Of a DNA stretch of 64,000 nucleotides, positions 12,881 through 22,801 are shown one piece after another. Below the pieces are notes generated by a model. The model saw only the letters and a program-made list of their open reading frames with translations, was not told the DNA's origin and made no database searches. Position 1 is the stretch's first letter, and every line of letters starts with the position of its first letter. Made by a program: the position numbers and the translations under genes. The stretch lies in assembly GCA_043228905.1 (NCBI GenBank), contig JBHGNT010000006.1, positions 7,192,001 to 7,256,000 on the forward strand. The letters run 5' to 3'. Origin of the DNA: Azolla caroliniana. Lineage: Eukaryota; Plantae; Polypodiophyta.

Positions 12881-15800
12881 CAAGGCTCAGGTTCAGGGCC
12901 AGGACGGCGGAGGCGTACGCAACTCTCGAGGCAATGCTCGAGGAAGAGGAAAGATCGAGGCCGCTAGCTGACGCCGGGGAGACGGACTTGCCCCACGAGA
13001 TGGCAGAAAATCGGTACCACGGTACCACGAGAGAGGGTGCGAAACAAAACACCCTCTCAAATTGCAGACATAGATGGGCCGAGGAAAAGGCCGAGATACC
13101 GATCGCGGAATTGGAACATTGGAACCGGCGGTTTCGGGCACGTCAGCCCGAGGCTCCGGACATTGGAGAAGCAAGCCCAAGCAGGGCTTGCGCGATCGGT
13201 AAGAAGTGGACCACCGACCACGAGGAGCCGGTGACAACGGACAAGGGCGCAAATAGGACAGGCGATTCTACGCATCTTCCCACAGTTGCTCCCAAGATGA
13301 TGGCAGTCAGGCTCGGGTGCCCACGTGAGTTCCAAGAGGAGGAAGGCGGTTGCGGGAGACCGAGAATAATCGGCGAGATTATATGAGGAAGGAGCGGACA
13401 AAAGCCTTCGGAACAGATTCCAGAGAACTCGGCATTCGGGCCCTTACGCCCACGTGAGACCGAGGAGATGGATGACGGTGTTGAGGAGTCCTGGCACGAT
13501 GCCAGCGAAGAAGGATGGGAGATGGCCCGCGAGAAGGTCGACAAAGGAACAAAGGAATGACCCGACCGAGGACCGAACTGCGCGGCATTCCGATTCGGGT
13601 GGAGCGCGATCCGGTCGTGGATTGTTCAACCGGGGCAAGGATCGGCATGACGGTGCCGACACGGAAGAGGGTGCGGGACGAGCCGCCCTCTTTTACATGG
13701 GGAGAAAGACCGGCCAAGCGAAGGTCGGGAATCGGGAAGAAGATGATCGACAGTACAGAACGAGTCCGACAGGATCGGCATTGGAGCCGAAACTCCAGAA
13801 ATTGGAAAATCAAGCCCAGGCGGGGCTTGATCGATCATGGAGTGGATGCTTTCCACCGACACCACTAAAAGGGTCGGTGGCTTGGGGCAAGTCGTCGAGA
13901 GTCGTTACGAAATCGACTTCCCCACATCTTGACCAGAGACTTCAGCAGTTCGGCTAGCGTGGCAACGTGAGACCGAAAGAGAAGGGGAATGATGGAGAAG
14001 TGCAAGGAAAGAAGCCGGCGACGCGGCCACGATGGAGAAACGAAAGAGGCGGTTAACTGAAGTATGGTTCCTCCACACTCGTTCCCAAGGCTTAGGCGGT
14101 TGCGTCCGAGAACCAATGGAAGACCTAAGAGACGGAAAGTGGCGGCGAGGACGCAGAGGTCACGGCCAATTCAACCGATCCGGAAGCAAAGAACAAAGAC
14201 CGGTCCTATGGGGTCTTCACACCGATCCGGAGACACGGGCAACTCAAGCCGACGTGGAAACGTGAGACTGAGTGAGAAGGACGGTGGTGGCAGGAAGTGG
14301 GACTCGACAATCCAAAGAATGACGGACGGACCGGGACGAGAACCAGGCGGAGCGGAGTTCAGGATAACCAATCCAGAAGAGCGGAGAGAGCGGGCCTACG
14401 AAGAGACCGGGAACGCGGTACGACGATGCCACGGGAGAGGGTGTGGAGCGAGCCACCCTCTCGACTTGCGGAGAAGGACGACCCAGGATAAGGGTCCAAT
14501 ATACAACGAGCTCGAGGAGGATCCTTCACACCGGTTCTAAAGACTCCGGCGGTTGGCCCGAGAGCTGGTGTGAGACCTAGAGTGATGAACGGTGGTGGCG
14601 AGGGGACGAAGGCGAAGGGAAAGGATGGGCGGTTTACGGAGATCCTCACACCAATCTGGCGGTCAGCCCGAGTGCCGGCGTGAGTCCTATAGGAGAGAAC
14701 GGTGGCAACAAGTGAATGTGACCAACAGAAGAGGCCGACGCGGAGGTCGGGTCTACTGCGAGAGGAAAACGGCAAGCGGTGTTGCAACGACCTTACACAC
14801 ATTGTTTCTAAACACTCCGACAGCCGGCAACGAGAGTCGGCGTGAGACCTAGAGAGAAGAACGGTGGCGGCGGCAAGGCGGGCAACCAAAGGCGGCAAGG
14901 GGGAGGTCGCACGAAGACACTCACACTGATCCGGAGATTCCGGTAGCTAGCAACAAGAGCTGACATGAGACCTACAGAGAAGGATAGTGGCAGTAGGAGA
15001 ACGTGATCAGATGATGGAAAGCATAGCGAAATGAGGTATGAGGCCAGCAAGGCGGCCATGAACCAGATACGGATCCGACCGGCAGAGTCGGCAAGACAAA
15101 GATCAGACGCGCTTGGTACACAAGGCGATGACCCGGCAAATCAAAGGCCCAAGAAGGATCCTTCACACCTACCTGGAGACTCCGGCAGTTCGACCGACGT
15201 GGCAACATGGGACCGAGGGTAATGGAAGGTGGCGGCAAGGGGGGCGAAGGTGGCAATAGTAGAGGCACCAACCAGCCAAGGCGTTACGTGAACGAAGGAG
15301 GCCATGCGGGCCGGGACGGAGACACCTGGTTGAGGAGCAATGTGCGAAGCCGAAAAGGGCATACCCGAAAGCGGAACGGGAGACGTGCGTGTGGCCATCA
15401 AGGGCCAAAGCGAAGCAAGAGTACGGGACGGTGTTCTGCGCGGGCGATGCCGAACAAGGGAGGCGGTGAAGATCAACGCGGAATGAGAAGCATGCATGCG
15501 GTCGAAAGAAGGGCCAATGGAGAAGCACGCGCACTACGGGATCGCGGCAAATGACCTATCGATGGGTCGAACGAGCCTACGGGAGGCAAACGCGGAGAAG
15601 GAACCAGAGCCGACGGTTCAGACCGGCGAGGCCAACGCGCAGCTGGAATGCGGATTACGGAAGACCGGTTCCTCACCGGCCTTCTCCGAACATAACACAT
15701 ACCGGTGGACGTGGGGTTTGGTGGGGGCGAATGTCGTGAAGATTTCGGGCCATGGTGCGAAACCGGGGAAAATCGAGAGAATCGGCAGAGTGCATCATGT

Positions 15801-16584
15801 GTACTCATCCTTGTATAAACATGTGAATAATAGGAGTGCCTTTATGGCGCCGAGTGGGGGTCAAGTCAGGACAAAGAATCCCATGTAAATTGGGATTTAT
15901 CCCACATTGTAATGCATCCCTCTCCTTGTTCTATAAAAGGAATGGATGGTCCCTTGTAGAAGGGTTGCCCATTTTGTAGAGGGTATATCGTTAGTTTAGG
16001 GTTAGGCAGTTTCTCCTTCACTCTATTTCGATCTAGAGTTTCATTTTGTTGTTGTTGTTGTTCTTCTTCTTCTTCCCCTTCATGTTTGTTTAGGGTTTTA
16101 GCCCGATGAAGAGCTTGTAGGTTCTGTGGGGGTTTACTTCTACTCAGGCTCCTGTGCAAGACCTTGCTCGGTGCGACAAGCCCGAGAGCTCCCCAACGGC
16201 GGCTTGGCGGTAGACTGCTGTTGCGACCTAGCTTACCTCAGTCTGGCTTGGAGCTGGAATTGTAACTCGCTCTTGTAATCATATATATAAAGGGTTGTGC
16301 ATATTTGTGTCTTTGTTGGTGTCGGGTGCATTTCCTTCCCTGTGTTTCCTGTATATAAGAGGTGTGTGTTGTGTCAGTGTTGCGCACGTGCTCTCTCTCT
16401 CTCTCTCTTCCTCTCTCGCATTTGTAGCCACCGGTATGCGACCGGAATCGCTCTGGTTCGCGTCACAACCAGTGCAGCCAAGATTGGAGAGAAGTTGGCT
16501 TCTAACACCCCATCGCTTCCTCGTCCGAGACCCCCGTGGTCCCGCCCCTTTTCTACACATACCCACGGAATACCGCGACAACGG

Positions 16585-16632
16585 TGTCATGGGAAGTTCC
16601 GGCTACAAGGTGAAACAAAGGCGGACGCCCGG
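16585..16632 (+). repeat. Probable 5' tip of LTR 'E' (3' part at about 34541-35312)
   Basis: Starts tgtcatg (variant of tgtcgtg) 4 bp after A's end and is cut by element B at ccgg. Confidence 0.55.
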
Positions 16633-19600
16633 TGTCGTGAAGAAACACGGCCCTAAGAGGAATCAAGGGATTAAAGGCGTGAACCTGCCCTTGCATGAGT
16701 GTGCGTGAATTGATACATTGTACATAACTAGGAATAGGACGGCTGATGTAAACATACTACGTATGACATATTTATTAGCTAGGAAATCGACATGTATCTC
16801 TATACGAAAGGACAGAGAATAAAGTTGATGTGTTTTGATGTAATGGTCTCCTCGGCGACCTATAAAAGGGAGGGGAGAAGAAGAAGAAGAAGGTATCGCG
16901 TTTTGGCGAGGAGGAGGTGTTGTCGGACTAGGTATCGAGCTCTCTCCTCCTCTATCGTTGCTCTCCACTCTGTTTCTGCGTTGGTTGCCTCTGTTGTGCG
17001 TAAGCCGCGTGCTTCCAGCAAAGGCTCCATCGTGCGTTCTCTGTGTCGTGTGTGTGCGTGGGTTCTCTGTGTCGGGTCTGTTGTCGGCTTGCCGGTTGTA
17101 ATCTTGCATACATTGTAACTTTGCTAGTTATTGAATTCACACTTTGTTTTCTCTCTCTTGGTTCTCGCGAGTTCCCTCTACCTTGTCTGGTGAGCGTGTA
17201 TCAGGATCGGAGACTATACGTGTTTAGGTCTTATTCAGCCAATAACACTGTCGGCAAGGAGCAGGCCTAGCCCGCGATACGCTCGCGTATCTCTCTCTCT
17301 CTCTCTTGATCTTTTAAACCCCTCGGTCCAAGACCCCCACGGTCCCACCTTAGTTTCTTCCATGTGAGCAGAACTACACGACATAAATTTGGTGAACCCG
17401 ACGTGAAGCAAGGCGGGAGAGGAGTTGAAGATGAGGGGATTGGAACTCGCCGAAGCCATAGCAGCAACGGTTGATCGGATAGGATAGTAAGCGCTCGTGA
17501 GGGCACAGGCGCCCTTGACAGGGCCATTGAAGCGATCGTCGGCGCCATAGGCTGGTTCAATGGTAAGAACTGTGCTCGACATGAGCCGGGTTCTGTTGTT
17601 CGTCAAAGCGGTGGACACGTTGGACCGGGAGAAGGTGGGTCTCCTATTGGAGACGGACGAAGGGCTCACGACAGACTGAGCCGTGGTAAAACAATTTTGT
17701 AGTCGTTTCGACAAACAGCGTGAATGGAGCGGCGAGGGATCGCCAGCAGCAAGGCCGATCCCGGCAAGGGAATTCGAGGAGCTGGCATTGGTAAGGAAAG
17801 ATGAGACTCGAACTTGGCTAGAGTCGGGTGCAGGCCCATCCGACGCAGTCAAGGGTCTCTCCGAGGGATCAGCTCTAGAAGAGCTGACACAAATGGTGCG
17901 GGATTTCCAGATCGCGCAGGCCCAGAGAGATAGTGGCAAACAGCCTCGTGACCGGAGGCTGCTGGCAGGGCAACAATGCATGTGGTGTGCTGCGGTCGGT
18001 CACATCCGGAAGGAGTGCGTGGATTTTGCAGAAGCACTCAGGACTAACGCGGTGTACCTTTGGAATGGGCGGGTACATGCGAGCGAGACTCGGAAAGCTT
18101 TAGAGTTGAATACCAGGCGCAGCGAAATGAAGCGGTTGATGGAGGAAGCTGCGGCGCGACACGTAGAGGCCGTCCACTACTCTGTGTCGGCGGGTATCCC
18201 AGGTCGGGGGCGAAGAGGGCCGGAAGGCAAAAGACTCTGGATTTTGGCCGCTAGTGCTAGAAGGCCTGTCCGGGGTTCGGCTGAGGAAAGAGGAAGCGGA
18301 CCGCGTGGAGCAGCGGATTCGGGAAGTCACTACGAGGTTATGGTCGAAGACAAGCGCGCGGGAAAGGCTAGAGGGGCTGGTCCCTCACAACGGTACGAGA
18401 CTTGGTTCAGACCAAAGCCGAACAATGCCGCCAACACCGGCGCGCCGGATAGAAAGAAGCAGGCCAGTTTCCGGCTGAGCACCGAAATTGAGCGAACGAC
18501 GGACCTACAAAAGGTCCTTGAGGAACAGATCCTCAACAACAAGGTGGAGCTGTCGTTACAGGAGGTACTCGGGATTGCCAAGAAGGAGTTCCAGGATTCC
18601 ATTGTAGACTTGGTAAAGTGTAAGCGGCTCTCGATGGAGCCAAAGCCGGAGAAGCCTATGGAGGTGCAGACGACTCGCTTAGAAGACACGTCCCTAGAGG
18701 ACGAGTTGGCGGACAGCCACTATTCGAAGTTGCATTAGGCCAGAGCCACTACGGAGACCCCTGTTCGGATCGAGGACGTTCCGGAGCCGGTGGTGGCATT
18801 GATAGACCATGGATCCAAAATCAACCTGATGTCCATGGATTTCTATAAGAAAGGGAAATGGCCGATCAACACCAAGCACAGTTGGAAGATACGCGCGGCG
18901 ACGCGCGCTACGGAGGAGTTGCATGGTGCGTGTCCGAATGTACGCGTAAAGATCGACGATGTTGAGATAGATCAACAACACTTCTTTGTGCAGGAGACAT
19001 CCTCGCTCCCGGTTATACTCGACGGACCGTACATTACAGCGGCACGCATGGAAACGAAGGTGCTTGAAGAGCCAGGACAAGCAGCGCTCCGTTCAATTTC
19101 TGACGGTGGGGCCGAATCATGAGCGTAACCGCGAGGCCCTCAGCAGTGATAGTCGAGGGAATTTTTAGAGAGGGCTATCAAGGCGTGGGGCCGTAGTAGT
19201 TCGGACACCCCGGGAAAACCCCACACATGTAACATAGATAGGAAATTTTGTTTCTCCGATAACGGAGGTTGTACTATAGCCGGCATCAGTGGTTGGGAAA
19301 AGAAGTAGGCGGAGGAAAGATTCAGGGCGTGCGGTGTCCTCGGCCCTGGTGAAGAGATTGGCGGCGCCATGGAGGCAGTCTCCTTCGATGACACCTTGGG
19401 GGAATTACGCGGTGTGGTCAAAGAAGGCCTTAGTGAAGACCGGACGATTTCGGTTAGCTCGGTGGAGATGTACGAAGTCATTGCTGACTTCGGAGAAAGG
19501 GTCGAGTTGAACCGAACGGCTCGCATGGATACAAGGTACAAGACTATGGACCGGAAGGTGAGGCCAATCGCAGCTCCCTTGCCGGAGGACAACAAGGAGC

Positions 19601-20636
19601 GGATAAAAGGGGTCGCTTCCGACCCAAGTTTGCGGAATCCAGCCGGCATAGGACACCGGTTCACTGACATAACGCTATGGGAGCTCAAGGTTGGTGGGGG
19701 TGGCTTTCTACTGCCGGCGGAGGAGGACCGGTTTTGAAGGATGCTCGGAAGGCACGGGAAGGCCTTCACATTCTCACCGGAGGAGATTGGGTGCGTAGAA
19801 CCGATGGTGATATTCACGGTGCCGCATGTGTCATGGAATCTCAAACCGATACTGGTACCCAAAGCTCACATCCCGAAGTTGATGGAGCTGTTGAAACAGA
19901 AAGTGGAGATGGGCATCCTCGAGCCATCGAGTCCCCCGTATTTGAATCGGTGGTTCACCGTGCCAAAAAAGAACACCACGCTATCGTGAAGAAAACCGTC
20001 CCTTAGCGCAATCGGTGCATAGCGCGCGTGAACCGGCTCTTCACGCGTGCGCGCCCTTAATGTATATAATAGGGAATTAGGTACATAGGTATATCCTGGG
20101 TAGTTAGATTCGGTAGGTAGGAAGTAAATGAGGGAGACAGCTCCCTTCTTGACGATATAAAGGAGACGGAGAAGCAGGGAGAAGGGATCGCGCGTTGAGG
20201 AGGACGAAGTGCTGTCGGACCGTAACCGAACGCTTCTCCTCTGTTTGTTCTCTTTCGCTCTTCTCTACAGGTTTTCGGGAGGCTCGTGCTACTTCGAGAA
20301 ACGCCCGTGTGCTTCCGGCAGCACCTCCATCCTATCCCTTTTCGTGTGCAGACGAACAGGCATCAGCATCTGTTCGCCGGCCTGGTCGGTTGTAACCGCT
20401 CGCGCGCTCTGTTGTGTATTTGTTATTCGTTAATATACAAACTTTCGTGTCTCTCTGTCTCTGTGTCCATTCGTGTTCTCTGCGTTGACGAGCCGTGTCC
20501 CTGTGTTTCTTTGCTCATACGTAGCCGGTCGTCTCTCTCTCTTTCTCTTTCTCCTCCTATCACCTGCTCTTCGGTTCAAGACCCCGGTGGTCTCGCCTCG
20601 TTTTCTCCACGCACGCGCGTAGCAACGCGACATATT

Positions 20637-20654
20637 TGGTGAACCCGACGTGAA
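20637..20654 (+). promoter_or_regulatory. Primer binding site complementary to plant tRNA-Trp 3' end (also 5894, 12159, 17390, 31929)
   Basis: TGGTGAACCCGACGTGAA is the reverse complement of ...TTCACGTCGGGTTCACCA, recalled as the plant tRNA-Trp(CCA) 3' end; lies 4-6 nt after each LTR end. Confidence 0.8.
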
Positions 20655-22801
20655 ACAGGCGGCAGAGGAGCAGAAGATGAGGGGGTCGGATCTTGCAGAG
20701 GCCATGGCTTCGGCCGTGGACCGAATAGTGAGCACGCGCGAGGGCACCGGCGCCCTTGACAGGGCTATTGAGGCGATCGTCGGTACGATCGGCCGGTTCA
20801 GTGGAAAGGATGCCACGAGTTATTTGGCGTCCTACTGGGCGGAGATGTTGATGAGGGATATTCTGGAGGAGAGGCGTCTTGTCGGATTCCCTCGAGTGGC
20901 GATGCCGGGCATCCATGCGGAGGTGCTCGAGGTCCGGGCGGAGAGCCGGACCTGGGAGGAGTTCGAAGGACGGCTCCTGGAGAAATACGGGCTGGATGAC
21001 GCGCTTCGACTTTCGAAGCGGGGCTTCATGGAGTGGGTGGAGTCCCCCAACAAAGGAAAAAATGCGTCGGTACTCCTCCAGGTGTTTGAGGAACGCTTTG
21101 CGCGCCTTTCGGCGCTCGACCGGACCGTTCTGGACACAAGTCGTGTCCTACTGTTTGTCAAATCGGTTCACGCACGGGATCGGGAGCAAGTGGGCTCCTT
21201 ACTGGAAACCGAAGACGGGCTGACGGCCGACTGGGCCGCGGTAAAAAAGAGTCTGCGGCCGTTTTGACAAACGGTGGGAGTGGGCTGATACAGGGGCAAC
21301 CGGGGCGGGTCCTATCGCAGCAAGGAATCTCGAACCGATACCGCAGGCGCGACGGGAAGAGGCCCGGGAGTGGCTCGAAACCGGTTCGGCTTCGACCGGC
21401 GTGGTCAGAGGCTCGTCCGAGGGGACAGCTTTGGAGGAGTTGACACGGGCGGTAAAGGATCTCCAAATCGCCCAGGCTCGGAGGGAAGGTGGCGAACAGG
21501 CTCGTGACCGACGGCCTCCGGCAAGAAATAGGTGCATGTGGTGCGACGAGGTCGGCCACATCCGGAAAGACTGCGGGGACTTTGCAGAGGCTTTGAGAAG
21601 CCGGATAGTGTACCTATGGGAAGGTCGGGTGCATGCCAGCGATACCCGGAGGGCCCTGAACCGAAACGACGGGCGAGAAGGGATGAAAAGGCTGATGGAA
21701 GAGGCGGCAGCCCGGCACGCGGAGACCGTCCACTACTCGGCGTCAACCGGCATTCGGGTCGGAGGCAGCGAGGCCCGGAAGGAGAGCAAAGCCGGGTTCT
21801 GGCCGACGGTGCTGGAAGGCCTCGCCGGTGCCCGACTAAAGAAAGATGAGGCGGACCGCGCGGAGAAGCGGGTCCAGGGGGTAACCGGGTGGAGTGATCC
21901 GGTCGAAGAAAAGATGGGTTTCGTAGAAGCACCTTGCCAGAACTACGAGGCTCTGGTTGAAGACAAACCGGTAGGTAAAACCGGAGGGGCCGGACCCTCA
22001 CAAAGATACGAAACCCGATTTGGGCCGAAACGGAATGAGGCCGGTGACTCCAGTGCCCGGGATAACCACAAGAAGGGCGGATACCGTTTGGGCACGAAGA
22101 TCGAAAGGACCACGGACCTACGAAAGGTCCTGGAAGAACGAATCCTCAACAAGAAGGTGGAACTGTCGTTGCGGGAGGTGCTCGGAATCGCCAAGGAGTT
22201 CCACGACTCCATCGTAGACTTGGTAAAAAGGAAGAGGTTGTCGACGGAGGCAGAACCGGAAAGGCCGGTGGAGGTGCAGACGACGCACATGGAGGACATG
22301 GCGATGGAAGACGAGTGGGCAGAGAGCCACTATTCAAGGCCACACTAGGCCCGAGCGACCACGGAAAGCCCGGTGAAGATCGGAGATGTTCAGGAACCGG
22401 TGGTGGCACTAGTGGACCACGGTTCGGAAATAAACCTCATGTCCATGGACTTCTACAAGAAAGGGAAATGGCCGATCAACACCAAGCACGGGTGGAAGAT
22501 ACGGACGGCGACGCGCGCCACCGAGGAACTACACGGGGCTTGCCCAAACGTCCGAGTCAAGATCGGCGACGTCGAGATAGACCAGCACTTCTTTGTGCAG
22601 GAGACGTCCTCGCACCCGGTCATACTGGGAGAACCATACATTACGGCAGCGCGGATGGAGACCAAGGTGTTGGACAACGGGTCGGCTTACGCGAGGGTCA
22701 AGAGTCAGAACGAGCGTCATTCGGTCCAATTCCTGACGGTGCAACCGAACCACGAGCGAAACCGCGAGTCCCTCGGTGGCGAGAACCAAGAGGATTTTTA
22801 G
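20650..22801 (+). pseudogene. Element C gag-protease
   Basis: ORFs 20650-21267, 21401-22348 (CMWCDEVGHIRKDC) and 22373-22801 (ALVDHGSEINL); +1 insertion in the A-run near 21243 relative to B; TAG at 22346-22348. Confidence 0.85.

Larger units (their letters stand above)
4680..16580 (+). mobile_element. Element A: non-autonomous, gag-only Trp-primed Ty3 element containing a nested Copia and an internal duplication
   Basis: LTRs 4680-5889 and 15732-16580 align; PBS tggtgaacccgacatgaa 5894-5911; gag-like frames (VERVGRFN..., VLLFVKSID); PPT-like ggtgggggcgaa before the 3' LTR; flanks acga / acgg; no protease or RT motifs seen. Confidence 0.85.

Noticed and set aside
12880-15731. env-like gene in element A
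   Set aside because: No hydrophobic transmembrane segment or signal peptide in the listed plus-strand ORFs.
15990-16100. TTTAGGG-like motifs as interstitial telomere
   Set aside because: Isolated telo-box-like copies within LTRs, not an array.
20637-20654. tRNA gene at the tRNA-Trp-like sequence
   Set aside because: Only the 18-nt antisense 3' end including CCA is present, which is a PBS.
21241-21250. Programmed frameshift in C gag at the A-run
   Set aside because: B is in frame at the aligned position, so this is a one-base insertion.
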